A DNA stretch of 62,361 bases, filler included, from Chiloscyllium plagiosum (lineage: Eukaryota), in assembly GCF_004010195.1 (NCBI RefSeq). It is 3 parts of one record of this genome, joined end to end, with 100 filler letters (N's around TTAATTAATTAA, not from the genome) between each part and the next. Parts side by side here need not be neighbours in the genome. Positions count along the whole stretch, not along the records: positions 1 to 30,718 come from NC_057713.1; positions 30,819 to 57,316 come from NC_057713.1; 1 more part is not named here. One strand, 5' to 3'. The notes below the pieces were generated by a model. That model made no database searches. It saw only the letters and a list, made by a program, of their open reading frames with translations, and was not told the DNA's origin. The stretch's first letter is position 1. Each line of letters starts with the position of its first letter. The translations under genes and the position numbers were made by a program. Below, one piece after another: positions 25,831 to 38,944 of this stretch.

Positions 25831-26338
25831 GGATGAAATTTGAAGTTCTTTCAACAATGCTAAATATATGAGGATGTGGTGTGGCTGTACATATTGAGCT
25901 TGCATTATGCTAGACAGCAATTGGAATCAGGTAAGTGAAGATAGGATGGTGAATAGAGCATCTAGTCTCTAGATGTTCATTTGTAAGAATTTAGTTTGCA
26001 AAGGTTCATTCAGTGAACTTGGTTACTTGTGATATTATAGATAATTAATTTTGTAGCATTAACCTCTTGGAGATAGAAGACTGGCATTGACCCTGACAAC
26101 CACCTGGTTCTCTATCCTTTACAACATCTGTAGTACTTTCTGGTCCCTGAATGACTAAGCACCTCTCCCAACCTGTCCACCTCCTTCAGTGAAGCAGCTA
26201 GTGCTATTTCACCAGAACCTGTATCATGTTTCAGGCTTATTTTCACTCCGACTTTTGCAGAATTATTTTCTGGTCACCCTGTTCAAAGATGTTGCTACAA
26301 ATCTCTGGAGTAAATCAAATTTTAACCTGTGCCACCGT

Positions 26339-26533
26339 GGGCGGCATGGTGGCACAGTGGTTAGCTCTGCTGCCTCACAGCGCCAGAGACCCGGATACCC
26401 ACTATGATGTCTGAAAGGGATTTGCTGAATTTTGACCCAGTCACAAAGAGGTAATGCAATATAGTTCCAGGGTAGGATGGAAGTTGAAGTTGGGCCGAAG
26501 GGCCTGTTTCTACACTGTAAGTAATCTAATCTA
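26339..26533 (+). mobile_element. HE1-type SINE head (26339-26395) and tail (26491-26533) with replaced middle
   Basis: ggtggcacagtggttagc head; ttgggccgaagggcctgtttc...taatctaatct tail. Confidence 0.8.
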
Positions 26534-26835
26534 AACTCAGGCCTACTGCATCTGAGTTAGAGTCACAAGTACTGCAACATAAAGGTATCTCCCTTTTTGT
26601 GTAGATATTGTAAAATCAATCTGTTCTGAGGTGTTATGACCCACCTCTGGAGCAGGTAGGACTTCATCTTCAGCCTCCTTGTCCAGAGGAGGAGACACTG
26701 CCACTGCATCAAAAGTGTCCACTTTTGTGTACAATTGATAATCAATCTGTTCAGAAATATTATGAAACTCTGGAGCAGGTGAGACTTGAACCTAGACTTC
26801 TGACTTCGAGGGAGGGGCACTACCTTTGTACAAGT
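26534..26835 (-). repeat. Tandem degenerate tRNA-like units (~125-130 bp period)
   Basis: ctctggagcaggt.gactt repeats near 26645 and 26768; B-box-like GGTTCAAGTCT and A-box-like TGATGCAGTGG on minus. Confidence 0.45.
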
Positions 26836-27641
26836 TCTTTGACAATGAATTCCTTTGGTTGCTGCAAGGATATCCTCTTAAGAGAAGCAATCTGACTTTA
26901 AGTAATGTGGTCTAGCTTCATGTGCGATGAGCAACGCACAAATAGGAGCATCCTGGTGTGATGTACAGCCCTTCACCAGTGCATTAAACACTGGAGGGCG
27001 TGCAGAGGAGTTTCACCCAGGATGCTGCCTGGCATTGAAAATTTGTGAAAAGATTGGGTTGTTTACCTTGAAGCAGAGAATACTAAGGGCAATCTAATTA
27101 TTAAGAATTAAGTTAGCAGGAAATACACATTCGTCATTCTACCTCAGAGTCATAAAAAGCAAAGACCCTTCGGCCCATTAGTCTGCACTAACATGAGAAG
27201 CACCTGACCTTCAATTTAATCCCATTGCCTTGAACATTTTAAATGATGTGAGGCAATTTGCCTCTATCACCGTCCCATGCAGCACATTCCAGAGGATCAC
27301 CACTCTTTAGGTGGGAAGTATTTCCTCACATACCCCTAAACCTACTGCCGTCACCTTGAACCTGTGTTTTCATGTGACTTGGGGAACAGCTGCTCCTTAT
27401 CCATTCCCCTCAATCTCATACACCTCAATCAGATTTGTCTTCTCTGCTCCAAGAAAAATGCCCTAAGTGCACTGAACTTGTCCTCAAATTTTCCACCCCA
27501 GGCAGCATCCTGGGTGAATCCCCTCTGCATCCCTTCAAGTGCAATCACATCCTTCCCATAATATGGCTACTAGAACTGCTGTAGTCTCACTATTATGATT
27601 TCCCTGCTTTTGTAATTGATGCCTCGATTGATTAAAAAAAA

Positions 27642-27790
27642 GGAGAAAGTGAGGACTGCAGATGTTAGAGATCAGAGTTGTGAATGTGGTGCTGGAAAAG
27701 CACAGCAGATTCCTGATGAAGAGCTCATATCCTGCTCCTCAGATGTTGCCTGACCTGCTGTGCTTTTCCAGCACAACACCTTCAGCTTCA
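27642..27790. mobile_element. PLE family A short inverted insert
   Basis: gtgctggaaaagcacagcag ... ctgctgtgcttttccagcac inverted arms around a partial CTGATGA core. Confidence 0.75.
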
Positions 27791-28525
27791 ATTGATAAAG
27801 GAAAGTATCCCAAATGTCTTTTTCATCACTCTAACAACATGCCCTTCTGCTTTCAGATTTATGGACAAACATGCCAAGGTCCCTTTGTTCCATAGAACTT
27901 CCTTTTGAATACTTTGTCAAATCACCTCACACTTCTCAGGGTTGAATTCCATCTGCCACTTATTTATCTATTTGACCATCCCATGTAAATTTGCTGGTAG
28001 CCCAAGAAACTCAACCTCACTGTAGACCACATGCCCAGTCTTTGTCATCTATAAATGTACTAATCAACACCCCAACACAAATATTTATACAAATGATGAA
28101 CAATACAGGACCCAGCACATACCCCTGCGGTATTCTATTGGACAACAGCTTCCAGGAACTAAAGCAGCCTTCAGTCATCACCCTGTCTCCTACAACTGAG
28201 CCAAATTTGAATCCAATTTTATCAACTTACCTCTGTTGCCCATGTGCATTTTCCTTCTTGATAAGACTCCTATGTGGGACTTTGCAATCTTCTCCCTTGC
28301 CTCCCGCAGCAGCCTGGTATATAATCACCCAGACCAGAAGATTAGGCCTGTCAATACCTCTACCTTCTCTTCCCTATGTCAGTTTGCTCAAGCGCCTTGT
28401 AGTCTCTCTCACCGGGATCCATGTCTTCAAGTGCATTTGATTAAAGACTGATGTAAATTATTGTTTAACAGTGTACCTGTGTTCCCTGGCTCCACCCACA
28501 GATTGCCCCCTTGGTCCTTAAGGGG

Positions 28526-28619
28526 TGAAAATGTGTTGCTGGAAAAGCACAGCAGGTTAGGCAGCATCCAAGGAGCAGGAGAATCGAAGTTTCGGGCATG
28601 ACCCCTTCTTCAGGAGATC
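28526..28619 (-). mobile_element. 94-bp PLE family A insert with hammerhead core and 11-bp TSD
   Basis: TCCTTAAGGGG at 28515-28525 and 28620-28630; the minus strand reads CUGAAGA aggggucaugccc GAAA cuuc. Confidence 0.85.
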
Positions 28620-30419
28620 TCCTTAAGGGGACCTATTCTTTTGCTGGTTATCCTCTTATTGAAGATCTTGGAATTTTCCCTGCTTTTATTTGCCAGAGCA
28701 TTTACTTATCCCCTCTTTGCTTGCCTAACTGCTTTCTTAATCTCCTCCCTATACTCTGCCAATGCCTCAGCTGATTTGTTCTCCTCATATCTGCTAAAAG
28801 TGGCTTTTCCTTCTCATTGAATCCTGAATATTTCTGGTCATCCATGGTTCTCTGGGCTTGTAACTCTATCCTAGCACCCTAGGAGGAAAAGATTGGGCTT
28901 GTATCATCCCCATTTCCTTTTTGAGTGCCATTCCACACTGTTCTTCTGTAGATTTCCCCACTAGTAGCTATTATCAGTCTACCTCGGCTTGATCCAATTT
29001 TTAATTTTACTAATATACATTCTCCAATCCAAAAACTTTCTTGCATCTTGTCTATTTCTTTATCCATAAGCAGCTTAAATTGTACCATATTATGGTCACT
29101 ATCACTAAAACACTCTCACCACCACCTCAATTACTTGTCTGGCTTCATTGTATGGAATTAATTCCAGGATAACTCCATCCTTTGTTTGAACCTCTGTATA
29201 TTGACCTAAAAAGTTCTCTTGTACACATAAGGAAAGCCATCCATCCAAACCCTTAACACCGTCTATCCAGGTTAATGTAGTCTAGGTGAATTCATCTCCT
29301 GTAATTTATCTGTTATTATTTTTAAATACCTCCATGAATTGTGCACAAATTTGCTCAATTTTCTGCTGACTCTTTGGGGGCTCTATAATGAACACCTAGC
29401 AATCTCACTGCCTTTTTTATTCTCAAGGTCTACCTTGAGCTTCAAATCAAGCTTCATTTGATGCCCCCTCCAAGGTCTCATCTCTCTTCGCCACAGTTAC
29501 TGTCTCCTTAACTAATAATGGAATGCCTCCTCTGTCTCGTCTGAAGACTATAACCCAAAATGTTGAGTTGCCAATCATGCCTATACCCATTAACCACATA
29601 TATGATGGCTACTGAATCACACTTCCATGTGTTAATCATTTCTCTTAACTCATCGTTTTACCATGGTATGCTTGGAATGAAAGCAAAGGCCATCCAGCCT
29701 TGCCTTACTCTCAAGAGTTAATGCAACCGCACTCCCTCTAACTTGATTGTTTTACTGTATGATCCTGTGCCCTTAGTCTGCTAACAGAACGTGTCATGTA
29801 ATGCTTTGCTAGAATTCCTAGTTTTGGAAATATCTGAATGGAGTATTGGACTTTTAAAACATTGAAGACTACACTAGGTCTGCAAAAGGAGTGTAATTGA
29901 CCTGAACACAAGAGTTCGGGTATTCCAAATTCAATCACAAGGAAATGTCTATCTAGCAGGGAACATTGAATCAAACATTCTGCATTTGCAGTTAAAACTT
30001 TGCATCCTAGACAATGAACCCAAAACTAAAAAGGAATCCAGGCCCAAGCCTTTTTCCACATCTCAGGTCACAGCCTATAGAAGATCTTGACCCACAGAGA
30101 CAGTGTGGAGCCAAGAGGGCTACAATCACTGAGTAATCAAAACGATCCCAAACTGTGAACAACTTTTCTAACCATCAGAAATTCGATTAAACCAATCAAG
30201 CCCACAAGGAAAGCATCAAGAGACAATGGGCCTGAAGATAGACGTGAAAATTTGAGAGGCCCTGCAACTGGCATAACTATAGGCCCCAAACTGGCATGCA
30301 GGAGTGTGCACTTACTGAGCATTCGGGAAGTGAAAGACAGCAAACCTCAGGAAACATCACAGCCGACAACACTAAGAAGATACTAAGTACAACAAAATCC
30401 GAGGTAACAAACTTAACAG

Positions 30420-31773
30420 ACATAGAACATAGAACATAGAAGAATACAGCGCAGTACAGGCCCTTCGGCCCTCAATGTTGCGCCGATCCAAGCCCACCTA
30501 ACCTACACTAGCCCACTATCCTCCATATGCCTATCCAATGCCCGCTTAAATGCCCATAATGAGGGAGAGTCCACCACTGCTACTAGCAGGGCATTCCATG
30601 AACTCACGACACGCTGAGTAAAGAACCTACCCCTAACATCTGTCCTATAACTACCCCCCCTTAATTTAAAGCTATGCCCCCTTGTAATAGCTGACCCCAT
30701 ACGTGGAAAAAGATTCTCNNNNNNNNNNNNNNNNNNNNNNNNNNNNNNNNNNNNNNNNNNNNTTAATTAATTAANNNNNNNNNNNNNNNNNNNNNNNNNN
30801 NNNNNNNNNNNNNNNNNNCCCCTTTACCATCAACTCTGTCTTCTTCCAGCCAGCCAATTCCTAATCCAAACCTCCAACTCACCCTCAATGCCATACCTCC
30901 GTATTTTTTGAAGTAGCCTACCATGGGGAACCTTATCAAACGCCTTACTAAAATCCATATACACCACATCTACCGCTTTCCCCTTGTCCACCTCCTTAGT
31001 CACCTTCTCAAAGAATTCAATTAGGTTTGTGAGGCACAACCTGCTCTTCACAAAACCATGCTGACTATCCTTGATCACATTATTCCTATCCAAATGTTCA
31101 TAAATCCTATCCCTTACAATTCTCTCTAAGACTTTGCCCACAACGGAAGTGAGACTTACCGGCCTATAGTTACTAGGGTTATCCCTACTCCCCTTCTTGA
31201 ACAAGGGAACCATACTTGCTATCCTCCAGTCTTCTGGCACTATTCCTGTAGACAATGAGGACATAAAAATCAAAGCCAATGGCTCTGCAATCTCCTCCCT
31301 TGCTTCCCAGAGAATCCTAGGATAAATGCCATCAGGCCCAGGGGACTTATCTATTTTCACCCTTTCCAGAATTTCCAACACCTCTTCCCTACATACCTCA
31401 ATTCATTCTACTTAATTGTGACTCAATATTCACATCGGCAACAATGTCCTGTTCCTGAGTGAATACTGACGAAAAGTATTCATTCAGTGTCTCCCCAATC
31501 TCTTCAGCCTCCACACACAGCTTCCCACTACTATCCTTGACTGGACCTATTCCTACCCTAGTCATTCTTTTATTCCTGACATACCTATAGAAAGCCTTAG
31601 GGTTTTCCCTAATGCTACCAACTAAGGACTTTTCATGTCCCCTCCTTGCTGCTCTTAGTTCTCTCTTCAGATCCTTCCTGGCTACCTTATAACTCTCAAT
31701 CGCCCCAATTGAACCTTCACGCCTCATCTTTACTTGTTAAATGGAAGAGGCCGCCCTCTTCCATTTAACAAGT
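30420..31773 (-). mobile_element. Young CR1 LINE (spans an assembly gap)
   Basis: Long, nearly intact ORF pieces (KSPGPDGIYPRIL..NYRPVSLTS..DFSKAFD); (TTCTATG)n tail; near-identical to 44990-46199. Confidence 0.93.
30719..30818. other. Assembly gap with artificial TTAATTAATTAA linker
   Basis: 44 N + TTAATTAATTAA + 44 N = exactly 100 bp. Confidence 0.95.
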
Positions 31774-32197
31774 CTTTTCTTATTATAGACAGGAGCACCT
31801 TTCCAATGACATGATGACAGTTAATGACTAACAATGAAGATTTCTGGCAATGAAAATTAACTACTTACCATCTCATTTCTTCAATTTAAAACTTTTCAAG
31901 CAAATTTCAGAACTGACAATTTTTAATTTGTTCTTTGTTCCTGCCTATCTCTTTTTACTTTTAATCTTAACTTAATTCAATCCAATCCAATCTAATAATT
32001 ATCCTTTTTTTTGTAATTGATTTGACTTTGGGCTGGATTTTATGTTTTCAAACCAGCCCAATGTTCCTTCTGCTCCCATGAAAAATACATTGTGAAAGTT
32101 TCAGTAATCTGACAGAGTGCTAGCTGCAGAGAGTGAAACACTGGGAATTGAGATGAGTGTTGGAGTTTAAGTGTATAAATATTTTGTGTTCTTAAAA

Positions 32198-32630
32198 TGT
32201 AACGAGTGCAGATAAGCGAAGGCTAGATGTTTAAGGTTTTCTTTCTATCTCAGGCCGAAGGAAAGTTGGAAGGAACTCTCCTAGTGCTGCGACTAAGATG
32301 ATTAAACTAATCAAGTAAACTGGTCAAAGTTTATTTTTGAAGCAGGTTAGGCCAGGACTATAAAAGCAAGGCCTGAAGTTCTACAAGCCTGGAGTGCTAG
32401 TTGCAGAGTGTGATGCACTGGGAGGTCCTTTTTTCCCTTACTACTTTCACAGATCCAGTGGGGGCGGGTGAGGACAAGACTCTGAGAGTTGAGAAAGTGA
32501 AAGAGACCAAGGGAAGCAGCTTGTTGGCAAGTAAGTTCTGGTGAATATTTCCAAACTATCCAAGATATCAGCAGTGAGCCCAATGAGACAACTAGTGAAC
32601 TGGAACTGTTGACAGAGACATCTGGGATGG
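32198..32630. mobile_element. Possible LTR-like fragment
   Basis: Begins TGTAACG and contains TATAAAA near 32359; the far end is lost to later insertions. Confidence 0.25.
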
Positions 32631-32635
32631 AGCGG

Positions 32636-35490
32636 CTAAAGAAGAAATTCCACTGGACCCCACCAAAGGGTCACTGCCTGAAGCTTAACATGTATGGTCA
32701 AGCTGTAAGGACACACATGAGCACGAGATTCATTAGCCACAAGCACAAGGGGGTGTAAAATATCATTCAAGCATAATGCATGGCCATCCAGGTTCTCAAG
32801 ACCAATTGGAACATCATCAACAAACCAGCAGACAAGAGAGGAGCTATCATCATACAGAATAGAATAGACTATTGCAAAGAAGTGTACCAACAACTGATTA
32901 ACCAGGGGCACTATTGACAACTATCTGCTGAATCACACCTCTGAACTAAACATACTGATCAGGACTTTGGATTCAGTCCTTCGAAGTATGCTACACATAC
33001 TCATCTTGTGTACTTCTCACATAGGAGACTTCTACTGCCTGCCAAAAATTAATAAAGCCAATACACCTGGCTGTCTCACTGTATCAGGTAATGGGACCCT
33101 GCGTGACAATGTCTCTGGCTATGTTTATGACATCTTGAAACTCATTGTACAAAGAACCCCTAGTTTCTGTCATGACACAACAGATTTCCTAGAGAAACTC
33201 AGCATCCACAGACCCTTCGAACCAGGAATACTCCTCGTCACAACAAACATTTTGGTTCTCTACATCAGCATCCCCCATGATGGTGGCATCGCAGCTTTCA
33301 GGACAACATCAACCACAACACCACACAACCCTGCCATGGAGACAGCTGCAGGACATGTCAGATCACTGACATGGTTACTACCATCACACGTTGGAACACC
33401 ACCCACCATGAACAACTGCTAACTTCCAGACTCCGTCCTACAACTTATTGGCTTCATTCTTGACCACAATGTCTTCACCTTTGACAACTAGTTCTTCATT
33501 TAGACATGTGGAACAGCCCATGGGGATGAAATTCATATCCCAATATGCTAACATTTTTATGCACAAGTTCGAACAATACTTCTTTGTTATGTAGGACCTC
33601 CAAACAGCATTTTACACCAGATACATTGATGACATTTTCTTCCTTGGGTCTCATGGCGAGGAATCACTGAAACAACTGCATAGTGATATCAACGAGTTTC
33701 AACCCACCATCAGACTTACCATGGACTACCTCTTTAGAATCAGTGTCCTTCTTGGATACATGCATTTCCATCAAAGATGGTAACCTCAGCACCACACTGT
33801 ACAACAAGCCTATAGATACGGCACGGTGGCACAATGGTTAGCACTACTGCCTCACAGCCCCAGAGACCCGCGGTCAATGCCCGCCTCAGGCGACTGACTG
33901 TGTGGAGTTTGCACGTTCTCCCCGTGTCTGCGTGGGTTTCCTCCAGGTGCTCCGGTTTCCTCCCACAGTCCAAAGATGTGCAGGTAAGGTGAATTGGCCA
34001 TGCTAAATTGCCCGTAGTGTTAGGTAAGGGGTAAATGTAGGGGTTGCGCTTCGGCGGGTCAGTGTGGACTTGTTGGGCCGAACAGCCTGTTTCCAAACTG
34101 TAATGTAATCTAATCTAATCTAAAATAACCTCACGATGCTGCAGATCTGAAGCTTCTACCATAAATATATTAAAACAGCCATCCCCAATGGACAAGCCCT
34201 CTGCATACACAGGATCTGCTCGGATGAGGGGAAAGCAAGTGACACTTGAAGATGTTGAAAGATGCCTCATAAGAACAGGATATGATGCTCAGTTCATTGA
34301 TTGCCAATTCTGTTGTGCCACAATGAGAAATTGTAATGACCTCATCAGAAGACAGACATGGGATATGACTGATAGGGCACCCTTCATTGTCCAGTACTTT
34401 CTTGGAGTAGACGAACTTTACCACGTTCTTCGCAGCCTTCAACACATCATCGATGAATACCTCGCCATGATCTTCAGTACACCCCCACTTCTCACCTTCA
34501 AACAAACGCCTAAAATTTAAATAGAACATTGTTTTAAGCAAGCTACCCAGCTTTCAGGACAACATCAACCACAACACCACACAACCCTGCCATGGAGACA
34601 GCTGCAGGACATGTCAGATCACTGACATGGTAACTACCATCACACGTTGGAACACCACCCACCATGTACACGGAATGTATTCATGTGTCATAGATTTTAT
34701 ATAATGCAGGCAAGGATGCCCCGAGGCCTGGTACATTGGCGAGACCGTGCATGTGCTATGACAACAGATGACAGGACACCGTACAATGATCACAGTGGGG
34801 ATTACTCCCTGTGAGGGAACGCTTCAGCAGTTCAGGACATTCAGCCTCTGCTCTTCGGGTGAGCATCTTCCAAGGCTGACATCAAGATATACAACAATGC
34901 AACATTGCTGGACAGAGGCTGATAGCTAAGCTCTTTACCCATGAGGATAGCCTCAACTATGATATTGTTTTTGTCACACTACAGACACACACACACATTC
35001 ATTCAAGATTCCTTTCTGTCAAAAAAAAACCTCATCTTAGCTGTAGACATAGATTCGAAGCAGGACCTCACACCTAAAGTGTATTGTCTAACATGAGATA
35101 TCAACTCTTGTACATTAATAAAATCTTTACTTATCCAGGGACAAAGACTTGAAAGGAAGCTGGATTTTCCATTTTAATCAGCAATCTACTTTCTAATTGA
35201 TTAAAGGTTTCAACAAGGGCAGCTAGTTTAAAGTTGTTAACGTTTTGCTTATAAATACTGCATCAGCTTATACTTTGACTCTTTGACTCTCCTGCTCCTT
35301 GAATGCTGCCTGACCTGCTGAGCTTTCCCAGCACCATAGTTTTCAAGTCTTACACATGTCATACCACCCCTGAGGAAAGAGCTGAGTGTGAAAGCTTGAA
35401 ATTTCAAATAAATCTGTTGGACCATAAACTGGTGTTGTTTGATTTTTGATTTTAGTTCACCCAGTCCATCTCTGGCATCTCCACATCATA
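32636..35490 (+). mobile_element. Decayed Penelope-like retroelement (family B): RT + Cys-rich linker + GIY-YIG endonuclease + terminal repeat
   Basis: WTPP N-terminal motif, FYCLPKINK..TPG, LYISIPH, YIDDIF (33622-33639), CHGDSCRTC linker (~34588), WYIGET (34729-34746), (CA)n, TATAAAT (35250), CTGAGGA..GAAAGCTT (35370-35397). Confidence 0.88.
33818..34122 (+). mobile_element. Full-length HE1-type SINE inside the PLE
   Basis: Head ggcacggtggcacaatggttagc, central domain and (TAATC)n tail. Confidence 0.92.
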
Positions 35491-35569
35491 AGTCTTGGTT
35501 TAATCAGTGGTAGGGTCTGATTTGTTTACTCTTTGAAAGAAAAGTTTTTGAAAGTTTTTTAAAACTTTA

Positions 35570-38500
35570 ATATATTCAATGGTGTGGTATGCTCCTCCTG
35601 ATAGGAATCAGAAATCAGGGAGCATTTGAGAATCCCTGAAGATGATGTCTACAAGAAGTGTGTCTGGCTGCAGCTCCTCTCAGACTGCATGGAGCAAGTG
35701 GAGTGGCAATTGAATGTACTGACAAGCATTCAGGAATCAGAAAGTGTGATTGATAATAGGTTCAGGGAAGTGGTCATACCATGGGTCACTGCCAGGAAAG
35801 GTAGGCACTAGTGCAGCCCTCTCAAACAACTATACTTTTTGATATAGGTGGAGGGACAGTCTCTCAGGGATAATAGCAGCAGTAGTCTGTGGCACCATAA
35901 CTGGCTCTGCTGTATTGCAGGGTAAGACAAAGTTCAAGTGAGCAATTCTGATTGGGGACTCTCTAGTCAGGGGCACAGACAGACATTGCTGTGGTTATGG
36001 CTGAGACTCGAGGATGGTGCGTTGCCTCCCTGATGGCAGGGTCAAGGACATCTTGTAGCATTCATAGCAATTTCTCAAAGGCCAGCATGAGCAGCCAGAA
36101 ATCATTATACACATTGGTACCGATGATATAGCGAGAAAAAAACTGGATAAGGTCTGGCAGAGTGAATATAGGGAGTTAGGCCAGAGGTTAAAGAGCAGGA
36201 GCTCAAGGGTAGTAATCTCTGGATTACTACCAATGCCACATGCTGTTGAGAATAGGAATAGGAGGACAGGCCAAATAAATACAAGGCTAAGGAGCTGGTT
36301 CAGGGGGTAAGGATTCAAATTTTCTTATCTCTGGGATCTCTTCTAGGGCAGAGGTAACCTGTACATGAGGCTGCAGCTGAACTGGAGGGGAACTAGTAGC
36401 CTAGCACAGAGATTTGCTAGAGCTACTTGGGAGGGTTTAAAATAGTCTGGGAAGGATGTGGAACATCATTTGAGACAAAATACAAGATTGAGGCTAGTAC
36501 AAAAGTTAAGGCCAGCAAATTGAATAGGCAAGAGGATGAGCAGAGAATAAGGGAAGACCAATGAATTAATGTGCATTTATTTCAAAGCAAGATGCCTGAT
36601 GGGTAAGTCAGATGAACTGAGGGCATTGATGGAAACATGGGACTGAGATATCTATAACAGAAACAAAGATGAGGGAGGGACAGGACTGGTAGCTCAATGA
36701 TCTGGGGCACAGATTCTACAGGAAGGATAGAAGGGGAGATGACAGGTGAGGAGAAGTGGCATTTTTGATTAGGAAAAATATCACGGTAGTACTTAGAGCA
36801 TCACCAGTGAGGCTATATGGGTGAAACTGAGAAATAACAAGGGGTGATCACTTTGATGGGATTGCATTACAGGCCCGTCCATCAGTCAGTGGGAAATTGA
36901 GGAGCAAATATATAGGGAGATAACACATCACAGTAAGAATAATTGTAGTGAATATTAACTTTCCAAACCTCCACTGGGACTGTCCAGTGTTATTTAACTG
37001 GGGAGCAATTTAAGTGTGTTCAAGAAAAATTGCTCAATCGATATGTACCTGGCCCTTCTCGAGAAGGGACAACACTCGACCTCCTCTTGGGAAATATGGC
37101 TGGGTAAATGACTGAGGAGTTAGAGAGAAAGCACTTTGAGAGCAATGAATTTAATTCTATTTTTTTGTAAATATGAAAAAGTATAGGTTTGATCCACAAG
37201 GAAAAGTTCTAAATTGGGGCAAGGTCAATTTTGATGGTATGAGACAGGAACTTTCAAAAGTTGATTGGGTCAGCCTGTTTGCAGGTAAAGGGAGGTCTGG
37301 TAAGTGGGAAACTTGAGAGATCAAGGCCAGAGTGTTCCTGTTAGTATAAAGAGCAAGGCTAGCTGGAGTAAGAACACTGGATGACGAGAGATATCGAGGC
37401 TCTGGTATAGAAAAATAATTAGGCATATGTCAGCTATAGACAGCTGGGATCAAATGAATCCCTTGGAGTGTAGGGGATGTAATAGTATACTTAAGAGGGA
37501 AATCGGGGGGGCAGAAATGGGACTTTGGCAGATAAGGTAAAGGAGAATTCAAAGAGATTTGACAACAGTATTAAGGGAAAAGAATAACCAGGGAGAGAAT
37601 AGGGTTTTTTAAAGATCAATGAGGTCACATACGTCTGGAGCCACAGGAGATTAGTGAAATCCTAAACAAATATTTCTCACCAAAATTTACCATGGAGAAA
37701 TACATGAAAGCTACGGAACTCTGAAGTAAATAACGATGTCCTGAAAATAATCCATATCACAGAAGAGGAAGCACTGGAGATCTTAAAATATGTAAAGGTA
37801 GATAAATAATTGGAACCTGTTCAAATGTATCCTAGGATATTGTAGGAAGGTAAGGAAGAAATTGCAGTGCCACTAACAGAGATATTTGTATCATCAACAG
37901 GTGAGGTGCTGGAATATTAGAGGTAGCTGATATTGCCATTATTTAAGAAGGCTGCAAAGAAAAGTCAGAAACCACAGTGAGTTATTTGAAGAGGTGACCA
38001 AGAAGATATATGAGGACAGTGCTCATATGAGTGATATATGAGTTCCTGTAAACAGCATATGATATGCTGTTTACAGGAACTTTAGCAAAGTCTTCAACAA
38101 GGTACCAAGTGGTCGACTGGTTAGTAAAGTCAAATCACGTGGGATCCAGGGACAGCTAGCCAGTTGGGTACATCATTGGCTTGATGTTTGGAGACAGATG
38201 GTGGTGATAGGGAATTACTTTTCAGACTGGAAGCCTATGACCAATGTTGTTCATCATTTCTTTAAATAATGTGGAAAGAAAATAGAGATAGTAGGTTTGT
38301 GATTGCATAAAAAAATTGGTCATGATGAGGAGGTGACGGTGTTGGACAGGGGGTGAACAAAAGTTAGAAATCACACAATACCAGGTTATAGCCCAACAGT
38401 ATTATTTGGAAGTATTAGCTTTTGGAACACTGCTTCTTCATCAGGTTTAGTGGACAGTGAGAAAGGTTATCATAAAACTACAATGTTATTTTGATCAGCT

Positions 38501-38596
38501 AGGCCAATGGGCTGAGAAATGGTAGATGGAGTTCAATTAAGATAACTGTGAAGGGTTGCATTTTTGTAAGATCAACTAGGACATAAATTACACAGT
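35570..38596 (+). mobile_element. Old near-full-length CR1 (ORF1 esterase + ORF2); resumes at ~43139-43180
   Basis: ORF1 N-terminus (CVWLQLL..FREVV), GDSLVRGTDR and HIGTDD SGNH blocks, decayed EN/RT. YTV at 38590 continues as NNDRTLGSFVKQR at 43141. Confidence 0.85.
38321..38446 (-). mobile_element. PLE family B terminal fragment with degenerate hammerhead
   Basis: Reverse complement matches 35365-35490; reads CUGAUGA agaagcaguguucc AAAA gcu. Confidence 0.75.
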
Positions 38597-38942
38597 TAGA
38601 ATAGAATCCCTACAGTGTGGAAACAGGCCCTTCAGCCCAACAAGTCCACACCAATCCTTCGAAGAGTAATCCACTCAGAAACATTCCCCTACTCTACAAT
38701 TACCCCAGCCTAATGCACCTAACTTACATATCCCTGAACACTACAGGCAATTTAGCATGGCTAATTCACCTAACCTGTACATCATTGGATTGGGGGTGGA
38801 AACCAAAGCACCCGGAGGAAGCCCACACAGACACAGGGAGAATGCGCAAACTCCACACAGACAGTCACCTAAGGCTGGAATCAAAGCCGGATTTCTGCCA
38901 CTGTGAGGCAGCAGTGCAAACCACTGAGCCACTGTGCTGCCC
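38597..38942 (-). mobile_element. HE1-type SINE
   Basis: Reverse-complement head and tail as in the other copies. Confidence 0.9.
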
Positions 38943-38944
38943 TT

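Larger units (their letters stand above)
27145..29700 (-). mobile_element. Old CR1 LINE, decayed, hosting PLE mini-inserts
   Basis: 3' end cccttcggcccatt near 27165; degenerate RT/EN codons (gaattccatctgcca; tggtcactatcac). Confidence 0.7.

Noticed and set aside
30763..30774. TTAATTAATTAA palindrome (also 57361-57372)
   Set aside because: Centred in exactly 100-bp N gaps; an artificial all-frame-stop scaffolding linker, not biology.
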